A DNA stretch of 64,000 nucleotides from positions 168,206,001 to 168,270,000 of the forward strand of contig OX597814.1 of NCBI GenBank assembly GCA_951406725.2. The letters are read 5' to 3'. The position numbers were made by a program, and so were the translations under genes. Below, one piece after another: positions 40,790-53,810 of this stretch (the stretch's first letter is position 1; every line of letters starts with the position of its first letter). The notes under the pieces were generated by a model that was given only the letters and a program-made list of their open reading frames with translations, was not told the origin of the DNA and did not search any database. Source of the DNA: Octopus vulgaris (lineage: Eukaryota).

Positions 40790-41419
40790 TAATAATAATA
40801 ATAATAATAATAATAATTGTGTACAGTGCTCAGGTGCACTACAACTCATCTAAAGTGTATATATAATCAGGTGTAGTTTCGACGGATTTCGGGAAGCATG
40901 AGGGCCTTAAAGGATGCAGTCAACAACTGACGCAGGCAGTTTGTTCCATGCTTCAGCAACTCTGAGCGTGAAAAAATGTTTCCGAAAGTCATGGGAGCTG
41001 TACTGTTTTCTGACTTTGTAGGCATGCCCACGTGTGTTAGACACATGGAGATCGAAAATGTGTTCAGTGTTGTTGTTGGTGAGGTGGTTGATAACCTTGT
41101 GGGTATTTACCAAGTCCGTCGCCAGACGCCGGAGCTTCAGTGAATCCATGCCCAGGGAAACAAGGCGCTCAGAATATGGTAGGTGTCTGATGGAGGGTAT
41201 GCGTTTGGTTGCACGTCTCTGGACAGATTCCAGGAGGTCAATGTTCTGAGCAAGATAGGGATTCCAAACTGATGATGCGAATTCCAAGTGTGGTCGTACC
41301 ATAGCTGTATACAGTTTTAAATAGATGGCTGGAGAGCGGCTAACAAAAGTCTTGCTGAGTGATGCCAAGACACCCTCGGCCTTCTTGACAATTTTAGAGA
41401 TATGCTTTGTCCAAAGCAA
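40790..41419 (-). mobile_element. CR1-like LINE 3' end, longer open copy, short-UTR subfamily
   Basis: Open 170 aa: LYTAMVRPHLEFASSVWNP...LESVQRRATK...YSERL...LRR..TRGH..WNKLP; CpG-rich, apparently young. Confidence 0.93.
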
Positions 41420-41665
41420 TTTAAAGGCATTCCAGCAATGAGCATCTTGTCATTTTTTTTTATTATCATTTTTCGAGAACTGTGTAACCACAAGTCACAT
41501 TATTCAATGCGTCAATTTTTAAAATTGTAGGGTGTAGTTTGAAGGAGATTTGGCTACTGCCTCTAACTTAGTGATCTTTTCGTGAAAATTTTCGTTGAGG
41601 AGAAAGGAAAAGTGATTTTAATGGTTTTTGTAGAGGCATTAGCCATGTAAATGAAATGAGAGTTT

Positions 41666-41861
41666 TACAGTATTTGGTGGCATATAAGACGCACTTTTGC
41701 ATAAGACATGCCCCTACTTTTGTGGAAAATCATTATTTTTGTGGGATGAGTTGGGAGACAAATTAAATCCGTAATACAGTTGCATTTGGCTCATAGCAAT
41801 TCTTTGTTACATTTAAGAATAAAAGAAAAAAAGCATGTCTCATACACCGACTTATACGGTA
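41666..41861. mobile_element. Small decayed CCGTA-type MITE
   Basis: taCAGTATTTGGTGGCATATAAGAC ... GTCTCATACACCGACTTATACGGta imperfect TIRs. Confidence 0.6.
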
Positions 41862-42016
41862 ACTGAGAATCGAAAGAGGGTAGTGGATTTGGTTCAGTGA
41901 GAACTTACCAAAAATTAATTATACACAACGTGTAATTGGCGACATATCGATTTAGGCGTACACAGTAGGAGTGGCGGTGTGGTAAGTAGCTTGCTCACCA
42001 ACCACATGGATTCCAC

Positions 42017-42048
<32 letters not shown>

Positions 42049-43871
42049 ATATGCATGTGTGTATATGTTTGTGTGTCTGTGTTTGTCCTCCCAACATCGC
42101 TTGACAACCGATGCTGGTGTGTTTAGGTCCCTGTAACTTAGCGGTTCGGCAAAAGTCACCAATAGAATAAGTACTAGGCTTATAAGTCCTGGGGTCGATT
42201 TGCTCGACTAAAGGCGGTGCTCCAGCATGGCCACAGTCAAATGACTGAAACAAGTAAAAGAGTATACATTATCAAAAAATCGCAGCTTCACATCCTGCAA
42301 CGCTGTAAATCCAGTCGAACCAATAAATTCAGGATTTAGCTCCATGCTAACGATATAAGCATGACTGCATTTCGCATCAAAAAACCAATGAGTTTCTCTT
42401 ATATCTACTGCAGTATTTGTTCTAACAAAAAATCCACATTTACGTGGGGATGAACATTGCCTCTCGGTATTAATAGTCTCTGTCGCTAATATATATTTTT
42501 AACAAGCACAATGTGAAATGTTTGTCGAAACATGAGCCAAGGAGAGTTCTTCTATGTGGCTTCTTGATCAGTTAGAAATAGCAGTCAAATCTCCCTCAAA
42601 TTACAACCTACCTATTTCTTTACTACCCACAAGGGGCTAAATACAGAGTGGACAAACAAACGGATTAAGTCGATTATATCGACCCCAGTGTGTAACTGGT
42701 ACTTAATTTATCGACCCCGAAAGGATGAAAGGAAAAGTCGACCTCAAATTACAACCTACCGCCATAAATGTAGAAGTGCGAAGGTTAGAAAACATCTTTG
42801 TCAGTCAAAATTGACCATGCATCTGAAGGTCTGGGTAAGACTTTTTTTCAACAACAACAACAACAACAACCTTCCCTGAAAGTTGTTAGTGCTTGAACTT
42901 AGAGGAAGAGAACAGATACCGCAAAGTAGTCATCCGATTCCCTACTTTAACCTTGTTGGAGTTATTAGTTATGCGTACAAGCTTATGTCTACTCACTCGA
43001 GATAATAAGTGAATAGCTTAAAGTGCTGCGCAGTCAATCAAATCCGGTGTATATGGTTGTCAAAGAGTTTCCTAACTATGCTTTCATTCCTGGAGAATAT
43101 AAATTTTGAGGTACAAACAGACTGATGGTTAACGTTTAAATCCTTTTGATCAATGAAGGCCTAGCTGGAGCTACACAACAGCGGCCGGGAGATTATTCTG
43201 CAGCTTTGCAATACATTGTTTAAATTAATATACTGAGGATACGATCCACCAAAACGGATTGACGGATTTTCGGAATATCTGTCACATACACATAAGTCAG
43301 AATTTCTTCTGTTTTTTTTCCAAAACACCGGGTAAAGAGCTTTAAAAAAGAAAACTCCGAACAGCAGCCGCCACCGAGATTTTTTTTCATCATGTTATAT
43401 CGTATTCCATATTCTGAAACACTTGCAATCAGTATTTTCAGAGAAAAAAAAAAATTCGTAAACCTTCTTCTCGCCCTTCGTCGGACTTTTCTCAGGTCAG
43501 GCGCCGTTGTAGCAGCCGGTATCTGCTCGTGTCGTTCCAGGCAACTCTCCGAACTGTGTCCCACTCAGTTCTCATCTCTGTGAAACGCTTCCTTTCTCGT
43601 CTGCTGTGACTATGAGGCATTTGACTGACCAACACGAGCCACATTTCACGATCAAAATTAATTTTTTTTCTTTCTTGTCCTTTCATATTATTCCACTTTC
43701 TGAAACATCTGATACTCGTAATTTGCATTAAAAAATGTTTTACAGATACTTCTTTCAAAAATTCCAGTTTTGTTTTTCACACAGCCACTTCAGAACATTT
43801 TCCCGCCACTGACGCGCACACATTTATTTCAAAACAAAATCTACAAAAAGTCAGTTGTACAAAATACTCTT

Positions 43872-44282
43872 GTCTGGCAGCTGACTTGGCAGACGCCCAT
43901 AAAATTATCAACCATCGTACAAACAATAACTCTGAGCACCTTTTCAAACTTCACCCATCTAACACCCGTGGACATATTTACAAAGTAAGAAAACAGCACA
44001 GCTCCCATGACTTCAGGAAATATTTTTTCACGCTGAGAGTTGCTGAAGTATGGAACAAACTGCCGGCATCAGTTGTTAGTTGTCGGAGCACTTTATCCTT
44101 CAAAACTTTCATGCTTCCTGAGATTCGCCAACACTACACCTGATTTTCTCCCCTCCATACACACACAAGCATGTATCTGACTCATGCATTGTTCGCTTTC
44201 CAGACATTTGTACATTACTGCATATACTCTGACAAGTTGTGGTGCACCTGAGCACTGTATACAATAATTTCATTATTATTAT

Positions 44283-44328
<46 letters not shown>

Positions 44329-44442
44329 AATTATTGTATACAGTGCTCAGGTGCACCACAACTTGTCAGAAAGTGCGTATAAAGTATATGCAGTAATGTA
44401 CAAATGTCTGGAAAGCGAACAATGTATGAGTCAGATACATGC
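43872..44442. mobile_element. Tail-to-tail pair of CR1-like LINE 3' ends sharing an (AAT)n tract
   Basis: + copy 43872-44284; - copy about 44290-44442. Confidence 0.9.
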
Positions 44443-44479
44443 TCTTCTAAGAGAAGGACCGTTTCCTTGGCAGGAAAAG

Positions 44480-45230
44480 TGAAGTTTCTTCATCTGAAAA
44501 TAGCTCCCACTTATTTACTTTAACCATAGAAGAGCAATTTAGGGCGAAATTCTGTTTTAAGCACCACATATAACCCCTCATAACTTTATTTTTTGTAATT
44601 TTTCAGAAATTGTTTTGCAAATTTGTGTTCTCCACACGAGAGTTCATACGATTAAGCCAAAAAAAAAAAAAAAAAAGAAATAGCTTACAAACTACAGAAT
44701 GTTCTCAAGAAAGCCAAGAGAAAAAGATGTTTTATTTTACACATTTTACCAGGATACGAAGAGTTTAAAAGTGTTTAGTTACAAAGAAATTATTTTAAAA
44801 ATCTGCCGGTCAAAGTGAAAAGATCCAAAAAAAGTGTGATTTAGGGGTGGTTTAGCTGTTTTAGCATATCTCACAACCACCTTATACCTTCCTCGTTTCT
44901 GTGTCACTGTGACATGTATTGATATTTTTCAATATTTTTCTTTCCGTAAACGCATCTAATGGAATGATGATGCACCCAAGGACAGTTCATTGTTAGGATT
45001 TAAGCAAAAAATTCGGACCGTCCATATTTTAAACTCTGATTAAAAGAAAAAAATTGAAAAGGAGTGAAACTTTTAGGATTTAAGGGTTTGAGGGATTAAC
45101 AATGAATTCTTTTCATCATCGTATGAATTCTCGTGCATAGAACACAAATTCGCAAAATTTTTCTGAAAATTCCTCAAAATAAAACAGTAGGAGGGGTTGT
45201 GGAGTGCTTAAACCAGATTTCTGTCCAAAT
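44480..45230. mobile_element. Decayed DNA-transposon-like repeat pieces in inverted arrangement
   Basis: About 44540-44652 is inverted relative to about 45117-45227; 44727-44826 is the reverse complement of 17707-17803 (end GGATCTTTTC.GTTTGACCGGCAG). Confidence 0.6.
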
Positions 45231-45360
45231 TAGATATGTTAACACCAGTCCTGCAAATTTTATTGAAAGTATAACGATTATTTTAAAGGACATGACATAA
45301 TATCTAGAGAAAGAAAAAAGAAAAAAATGTTTGCCGCCTTTATGTGTACATCAGCCATTG

Positions 45361-45362
<2 letters not shown>

Positions 45363-45436
<74 letters not shown>
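45363..45436. repeat. (TA)n microsatellite
   Basis: Pure TA run; one of many dinucleotide tracts in the window. Confidence 0.95.
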
Positions 45437-45440
<4 letters not shown>

Positions 45441-45585
45441 TGAAATGGATAAATGAATTATCTTGTTAAGGATTATTCAAAATTTAACCGATACCTGGGT
45501 AGCAAAAATCACAACAGAAAAAACACGGTTGAGGTTACGACCATGGGGTGTCGCAACTGTGCCTTAGCGCGGATAATTGAAGTTT

Positions 45586-45705
45586 TATATATTTAGTGAA
45601 GGGAAGAAATGGAGCTGAACGAAGATTCTACAAAATTCTACATGTGTAGAAAATAATAAAAAGGAATTTTGTAGAATCTTCGTTCAGCTCCATTTCTTCC
45701 TTCAC

Positions 45706-45715
<10 letters not shown>
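45586..45715. repeat. Near-perfect ~52-bp inverted repeat
   Basis: Arms 45586-45638 and 45664-45715, one bulged G, 25-nt spacer; lies between (TA)n tracts. Confidence 0.92.
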
Positions 45716-45740
<25 letters not shown>

Positions 45741-46215
45741 AAATGTTCAACATGTAGGATAACGAACTCAGAAACATTTACGCTTACAGCAAAATCGAAT
45801 TTTAAATATTGCATTTCACTTTGGCTCTGAGGTGTCAGTCACATCTTATATTGGAAGGACTGTCAGGCGTTAGACAAATTACATGTCTATCAGAAGAGAC
45901 TCAGAATATGGAAAATGACGGACTTATGTGCGACACCAGTTCCGAAAATCTACCATCGGACTTGCTCTACGTTTCTCGAAAAAAAAACGTATCTTAAATG
46001 GCACCTATAATGCTATAATAGTTTAAAATGGATATTGTAATTATGTTTTAAACGTATATTTTCAAACGTTTGTATCTTCTTGCAGTTTCATGCGCACACG
46101 GATATGGAAAAGGTTAGTATTTATCATATATTATTTGAACTTCTAATATAATTTCCAAGCTTCGGTCATGTTTGGCCAATATGAACAGTGCAATGTCTAG
46201 AACAATGGTTCCCAA

Positions 46216-46701
46216 CTAGACACCTGCCATATTCTGAACGCCTTACTTTCCTGGGCATGGACACATTGAAACTCCGACGTCTGGCAGCTGACTTGGCAGA
46301 TACCCATAAAATTATTAACCATCTTACAAACAATAACTCTGAGCACCTTTTTAAACTCCACCCATCTAACACCCGTGGACATATTTACAAAGTAAGAAAA
46401 CAGCACAGCTTCCATGACTTTCGGAAACATTTTTTCACGCTAAGAGTTGCTGAAGCATGGAACAGACTGCCGGCATCAGTTGTTAGTTGTCGGAGCACTG
46501 CATCCTTCAAAACTTCCATGCTTCCTGAGATTCGCCAACACTACACCTGATTTTCTCCCCTCCATACACATGCAAGCATGTATCTGACTCATACACTGTT
46601 CACTTCCGAGACATTTGTACATTACTGCATATGCTTTATACGCACTTTTGACAAGTTGTGGTGCACCTGAGCACTGTATACAATAATTTCATTATTATTA
46701 T
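46216..46701 (+). mobile_element. CR1-like LINE 3' end (same family)
   Basis: RHLPYSERLTFLGMDTLKLRR...WNRLP and the same 3' UTR. Confidence 0.92.
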
Positions 46702-46984
46702 AGGTCTATATAATCCCTGGGGATCCATATAAGACGCAATAAAAATGGTAAAATGGGAATCCACAGTAATATTTTAAGGGTCAATGAAAAAGTTTTGCTT
46801 TAGATGTATTTATTGCAAGAAATAACCAGGTTACTTTCTCTAACATTTTACGTAGTTCAATTAACACAAGATAATGTGTGAAACAAAAACAAAAACATCT
46901 AGGAATTCTGGAAGAAGCGTCAATAAAACTTGTCTTTAAACATCGAATAGACCAATGGTTGAGAATCATTGGTCTACAGTGGTT

Positions 46985-47690
46985 TGCGAGCTGGCGAACG
47001 GGGGGCGGGGGCGGGACAGAGGACGCGGAAAATTCACACGATCAATCTCACAGGATCCGAAAACTCAACGTTAACACCAGTTCACAAAAACGAAAAAAAA
47101 AAAGAAAAAAATTAGTGTAATAAGTGTAAAACAACAAGTAGTAAACGAATATGAAAATATAAATGCGCGCTGGCGAACTAGAGTGGGGGGGGAAGGAGGA
47201 CCAGGACAATTCACACGATCCGATTTTTTTCCCCAAAGAAAATGGATATTCTTCCCAACCACACGGTTCCGGGTTCAGTCCCACAGCGTGGCACTTTGGG
47301 CAAGTGAATTTTCCGAGTCCTCTCCCCTCCCCGTTCGCCAGCGCGCATTTTTCTCCATATTCGTTTACTACTTGTTGTTTTACACCTATTACACAATTTT
47401 CTTTTCATTTTTGTGACCGGATCGTGTGAATTATCCGAGTCCGCACCCCACTCACCCCCTCACAAAAATTGATTTAAAAATACTATACTAGGTGTAAAAT
47501 AATGTGTAGTAAACGAATATGAAGAAAAAACATTTCGCCGACGAATGGGGAAGTGGTGTGAGGACTCGGAAAATTCCCGATGTGAATTTTCCGAGTCCTC
47601 TTCCCCGCCCCCTCGTTCGCCAGCGCGCATTTTTTTTTCATATTCGTTTACTACATGTTGTTTTACACCTATTGCACTTTTTTTTGTTGT
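46985..47690. repeat. Cluster of ~110-bp GC-richer units in alternating orientation
   Basis: GTGTAAAACAACA.GTAGTAAACGAATATG..AATGCGCGCTGGCGAAC..GAGGACTCGGAAAATTCAC at about 47120(+), 47304(-), 47490(+), 47582(-), with partials at 46985 and 47420. Confidence 0.85.
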
Positions 47691-47782
47691 TGCTCGGGTC
47701 AAACACTGGAGTTTGACGTAAAGTTATCTGAACAGGATTTGAGTCAGAAAGTAAAAAAAAAAAAAACCCCGAAAAAAACATA

Positions 47783-48152
47783 CTTTACTCTTTTACTCTT
47801 TTACTTGTTTCAGTCATTTGACTGCGGCCATGCTGGAGCACCGCCTTTAATCGAGCAACTCGACCCCGGGACTTATTCTTTTGTAAGCCCAGTACTTATT
47901 CTATCGGTCTCTTTTGCCGAACCGCTAAGTGACGGGGACGTAAACACAGACACACAAACACACATACATATATATATATACATATATCCGACAGGCTTCT
48001 TTCAGTTTCCGTCTACCAAATCCACTCACAAGGCATTGGTCGTCCCGGGGCTATAGCAGAAGACACCTGCCCAAGATGCCACGCAGTGGGACTGAACCCG
48101 GAACCATGTGGTTGGTTAGCAAGCTACTTACCACACAGCCACTCCTGCGCCT
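47783..48152 (-). mobile_element. tRNA-derived CORE-like SINE family B with internal microsatellite
   Basis: TGGCTGTGTGG A box, GGTTCAGTCCC B box, ..CTTGGGCA.GTG.CTT CORE-like segment, (AAAAGAGT)n tail. Other copies: about 10130-10480(-), 11000-11385(-), 17515-17660 and 19850-20055(+), 27795-28150(-), 32750-33135(-), 39185-39570(+), 41965-42263(+), 53976-54336(+), 58613-59005(-). Confidence 0.88.
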
Positions 48153-48571
48153 TTAATACTACAAATACTGCAAATCGCTAAACATAGTGAGAAGGAAACT
48201 CAGTTTGAAGTAAATCCATAGAGCAAGTTCTTGCTGTGGCCGAGAGATATACATAACAGTTCAGAGATTCTAAGATTCCATTCTAAGATTCCGAGTTCAA
48301 TCCCTACAAAAGGTGGCATTTCAAAACAGCTGGAGGATACCTAGGAGTCATGATGTAGGTAGGCCTCAGCTTCTTAGAGCGTAAAGAACTAACGGACTGA
48401 AGCATTTGCTTGACGGGCAGTTCTTCCTCTGAAGATTTTTCCTGTTGTCTGCTCGACTTATACAGTGAGTTTTCATCTATTATGAGCTATTTTGTTTATC
48501 ATTCGATGCAGTAAGATGTGAGGGAGATAACTTCGCACTTAGCTTTACAGCGCATGTGCTGTTTATGTTAG

Positions 48572-48607
48572 TTTGCCATAGTAGTGTGTGTCTGTTGTCA
48601 AGGAAGC
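48572..48607 (+). promoter_or_regulatory. Two imperfect X-box (RFX)-like motifs just upstream of the WDR19 ATG
   Basis: TTTGCCATAGTAGT (48572) and GTTGTCAAGGAAGC (48594) resemble GTTGCCATGGCAAC; IFT genes are classical RFX targets. Confidence 0.4.
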
Positions 48608-48612
48608 CAACG

Positions 48613-48618
48613 ATGAAG
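48613..48618 (+). CDS. WDR19: WDR19/IFT144 coding exon 1 (Met-Lys)
   Basis: gccaacgATGAAG|gttcgt in unique, relatively CpG-retaining sequence; phase 0 joins the next exon to give MK-DLFS; human WDR19 also starts MK followed by an intron (from memory). Confidence 0.75.
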
Positions 48619-49924
48619 GTTCGTTGCTGAGTTTGAAACTTTTATATTTTGATTCACTTTAAAATATTACTTTTCGATTCCTTGTCTCATCCCAATTTTT
48701 TTCTGGCATCAATTTAGAGAATACAGTTATTTAATTATTTCAGTAGACTTTGTTTTGGTTTGGTTATTGATATATATATATAATATTTTAAATCGTGATG
48801 ATAATAATAAATAGTAATTTACCTGTTGCTCTTTCAAAACAGACGCAATGAAACTGAACTGCTACAAATGTCTTTTATAATATTTTGTGCATAATTATTG
48901 TAGTCTAATTTCTTAAACTCTCTCGTTTCTTCCATCTCGTTATACAAAATGAAAATGTAATTAAACACGAGGATCGTATGTATGTGTGTGTGTAAAAGGG
49001 ATTAATAAATCCAGTCAGATATCTAGAAAGCACTCAGTGTTAAACGAACTTGGTTAACTATATCAAATAATCGGACACCAAAAAATTCAAATAGAATTAA
49101 TATCCAAAGTAATTCCTCGTGTATGACAAATAAACCCAAATAACGTTCTGAAGAATTTGAAGACATCTAGAGTAATTTGACAACAAGAATAGAGAAAATC
49201 ACATCATTAATTGATGATTATTCCATATATTACCGACGATCATTTCTACTGTGCCTGCATATTTAGAAGTAGAAAATACCAGTCAAATCAATATATCTGA
49301 AGATTTATGCTAACACAATGTTATCAAAGTAACCCCACACGAGTAAAATTTAAAGTGAACTGAGATAATATGTCCAATACGTGAAGGCATACAAAAATAA
49401 CGTTAATATATATATATATAAAGAAATACTGAAAAACCACACTGAAACCTAGATATACACAAGCACGCTAATAGAATGAAAGAATTAAGATGAAAAAACT
49501 ACTGCAATTAAAAAAGTTGGTCTCACTATCACCTGTATTTAATACTCAATGTAGGTAATAGTCAACTTATGAACGTACACTTAAATGCATACACTCACTC
49601 AATGCACACATACATAAGCTGTATTATGCTCATACATATTTCCAATATATTCCGTATTTGCCCTCCTATACTACTGGACATAACTCTTTCTCCCTTTCTT
49701 GAAATCCATTATTCTCTTAACATTTCTATCTTGACTATTCATCACTCATGATCTCTCTTAGAAATTATCCTTCTGTATTACTAACCACCACTTCTGTTCC
49801 CTCAGGTCACCGATTATTGACATCTATCATGCTATCTAACTGTCAACTATTTCTACAACAATTCTATCATTCTCTCTCTCTTTCTCCAGCAGACATGTTG
49901 ACCATAGGCTATTACTGCCTTTTT

Positions 49925-51862
49925 GCCGGTGATATATAAAAAGCACCAACCGATCATGGCCGTTGCCAGCCTCGCTTGGCACGTAAAAAGCATCCACTAC
50001 ACTCACAGAGTGGTTGGCGTTAGGAAGGACATCCAGCTGTAGAAATACTGCCAGATCAGACTGGAGCCTGGTGCAGCCTCCTGGCTTCCCGGACCCCCAG
50101 TCAAACCGTCTAACCCATGCTAGCATGGAAAACGGACGTTAAACAATGATGATGATGATCTTGCTATAACTGTGTCTCTTTATTATTTCTAGTCCACTCA
50201 CCGCCATTTAGCCTTCTTCCATACAAGCATCCCAACTCTTTCTGTTTCCTTACTCTTACTTTCTTTCTTTCTTCTGCAGTCATCTTCTTTTCTGTCCACT
50301 CTATTAGTTATGATGCTCCGAATAGACAGAGATAATGTTATGTAGAGTATCTGACTCGTGGCGTAAAAAGCACTATCCGACTCGTGGCCGATGCCAGCTC
50401 CGCCTTGTCTGGCTTCCGTGCTGGTGGCACATAAAATACACCAATCCGACCGTGGCCGTTGCCAGCCTCGCCTGGCACCTGTGCAGGTGGCACGTAAAAA
50501 GCACCCACTACACTCACGGAGTGGTTGGCGTTAGGAAGGGCATCCAGCTGTAGAAACACTGCCAGATAAGACTGGAGCCTGGTGCAGCCTTCTGGCTTCC
50601 CAGATCCCCGGTCGAACCGTCCAACCCATGCTAGCATGGAGAACGGATGTTAAACGATGATGATGATGATGATGATGATGATTCTATTGTTATACAGGTT
50701 GAAATGCAAATTCAGTAGTGCTGGTGCCATGAATGAATGCACCCAGAGCATTCTGTTAAATAGTTGGCAAACAAGTAGAAACATTGTCTTGTCAAAGACA
50801 TAACAATCTCTTATGTGTCAGTGCCACGATAAAATGCTTTCAATATTCTCTGTAAAGTGATTGGTGTTTGAAAGACTATAGAAACCTTGCTGCCAGAAAT
50901 AAAGCACCAACAAGACTTAGTTCTTCAAATTGTCTAAGAACACAGTGACTCTGAATAAAAATAGACTTAAACGGAAGACTGAGTAGTTTTCCTTGGTCAA
51001 GGTGAGTGTGTGTTAAGAGTTGATTTCAGGGTATTGAACCTTGCAAAGGAGATGACGAATGCAACAAATGTGGAGTTGTGTTTGAAAGGACATATCCAAC
51101 CCTTTCGAGCATGGAAAAGTGGATGGGGAAATGATGATATAGTTAAATATGCGATGATTCTATTTTTACTACATAAGTTTACATATATTATATTATACCT
51201 TGATACTGTGTGAACTGAGATCTCTGCTGATATTAAAATAAAGTGTTAAGCAATTGTGGTATGCAAACTGGAAGCTCCAGTTCTTTGTAGCTTCAGTATT
51301 TGTTAAGTATATAAACAGACTGGCTGCTTATTTCTCTGGGATTGGTCAAATGATACAGACACCTGATGAGAACTTAATAAGGTTTGAAAATTGACTAAGG
51401 TTGTTCATAATTTTTTCAATCTATGGAGAAATAGTTAAATTTTCCATGTTTGTAGTTTTACTACATAGGTTTACACCATCAACTTAAGAACCTTATTCAA
51501 ATGAATCTTCATTATTTCTTATATATACTTTTGTTGTATGTATATATACATACTTATATATATACATACATTTCTTATACATACTTTTGTATGTATGTAT
51601 GTGTGTATGTATATAACAGCATTTGAGCATGGCCGTTGCCAGTACCACCAGACTGACCCTTGTGCTGGTGGCATGTAAAAGCACCCACTACACTCTCGAA
51701 GTGGTTGGCGTTAGGAAGGGCATCCAGCTGTAGAAACTCTGCCAGATCAGATTGGAGCCTGGTGCAGCCATCTGGTTCACCAGCCTTCAGTCAAATCGTC
51801 CAACCCATGCTAGCATGGAAGGCGGACGTTAAACGATGATGATGATGATGATGATGATGATG
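49925..51862 (+). mobile_element. Three RTE 3' UTR copies (49925-50159, 50351-50681, 51625-51862)
   Basis: Same repeat family; further copies at 56668-56888 (-) and 61402-61608 (+). Confidence 0.85.
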
Positions 51863-53507
51863 TAACTGATAGCCAGGTCTAATATAATGTAATAGGACTT
51901 GCAACTGAAAATTCAAGATATACAAACAGTAATATTTCTATTGTAGAGTATATAGTAAGCAAAAAACAAGGATATGTGGGAGGGAAAGTGTTTCGATATT
52001 TTCTGAAAGGTTACAGCTGTTTCATAATCTACTTACATCCTTAACCTTGATGCAGAGAAATATTTCTATACATACATGTGTATATATACATATAAGCAAT
52101 ACATTCATACAATGATGTACAGAAGAGAGAAGATGATTCTTTAAGCTGCATTATGGAGTAATCCATCTAGGCTCATTCGTTTATACATAATATAGCATGG
52201 ATAAAATTGGCAAAAATTAGTAACCCAGATTATAATCAAAACAAGCCAAACAGCTATTAATGTCAAGAGGAGACCTGCATGGAGTAGGTAATGATGGCAG
52301 TGATAAACAAAATCAAGTGAATTTTAAAGGGAATGTATATGTCAACAGTCGGGGTAGGAGTAGTCCTGACAGATACTCAGATTACAAAAACTATAAGCAC
52401 TAAAACATACATGCTTGAAAACCTACAAAATGCTCAGCTTACCAATGTGTACTGGCACTGACTGACAGGAGAACTATTACCTTGTTTGGAAACTGGTGAG
52501 TGTTGGCTACAGAAAGGGTATCTGGTTGTAGAAAATGTGCTTCATTGATTTACATCTGACCCATGACAACATGGTAAGTTGATGTTGAACCAATGATCAT
52601 GCATTTTGAGGACATTAGCACCAATGGTTAAAGGTTTTCAACAGGCCAATCATAGATGTGATATGAAGACTTGTTCGCTGAATTTCTAGTGATAAGGAAT
52701 GTTTACAATTTGAGTGCTATAAATACCACAAGTCATTTTTATTCTACACACTGGTTTATATGCCTTCTTGCTGATGTGAATATTTTTCTCAATTACATAT
52801 ATACATATGATGGGTTTACACATAATTTCTCTCTACCAAATTTTGTTCGTCGGTTAATCTAAGGCTGTGGTGGATGACACTTGCACAAAGTGCTATAGAA
52901 TGACTGAACCCCAAACCGCCTGTTTGTGAAGCAAACTTTTCAACCTCACAGCCATACCTGCACAATCTGTTACATGAAGATGACATTTTCAAGGTACCTA
53001 TAGTCACCTTGATGTAGTCCATCCCTTCAATATGTACTTATTGAGGGATTTCAACTCAGTCTACACATTAATGAATTGCTAATAGTACAGTGTTCAAGGG
53101 TACTGGATTGGCAAAATGCCGTTCAATATTTAGTTAGGACTTTTTATATTCCATGTTCAAATCTCAAGGAAGTTAACTTTACCTTTCATTCCCCCAGGAT
53201 TGATTAAATAAAGATATCATCAGTTAGACACTGGGGTTATTGTTAACAATTAACAAGACCCCAACTCCTCACAAAATTTCCGGCCTTGTTCCCTTATTAG
53301 AAACATTTACACAGTGCTCAGTACATACTTATGATACGTATGAAGAAGATCATGGAATGAGTTATTGATATAGAGAGAAATGCCAGTAACAAGATACTAC
53401 AAGACCTATCTACTCTGGATTTGGTATTGTATTATGTTTTCTTTATTGTAATATTACATTATTTTCAATTTAATCATGTGTTTCTGTTTTTTTTTTTTTT
53501 TTTGCAG

Positions 53508-53599
53508 GATTTATTTTCTATACCAAAAGAACAAACTGGAAATGGACCCATCCAATTTTGCTGGCAGAGAGTTAATGGAAACTACCTAGTTATTGCTGG
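53508..53599 (+). CDS. WDR19: WDR19/IFT144 coding exon 2
   Basis: Long poly-T tract, gcag|...GG|gtatat; 92 nt; DLFSIPKEQTGNGPIQFCWQRVNGNYLVIA(G), cf. WDR19 [30 protein letters not shown]. Confidence 0.95.
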
Positions 53600-53810
53600 G
53601 TATATGTTCAAATTTTCCTTCTTTATAAATTTTAGTTACAATTTTTACAAAAGCATATTGAAAACAATAATAAATAAATCATTATTTGCATGGTGAATAA
53701 ATAATGATCTATTATCAGTTGACAGATTTCAGCATGGCACAGGAAACAGTTTGTTTGCTTGAATTATAAACAAAGCCATTGGTGATTGTCAGATGCATTT
53801 ATTTGGGCAC

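Noticed and set aside
43440-43600. RNase MRP/P or other Pol III RNA on the minus strand (GAAAAGTCC, poly-T)
   Set aside because: The other conserved regions and the P4 partner are absent.
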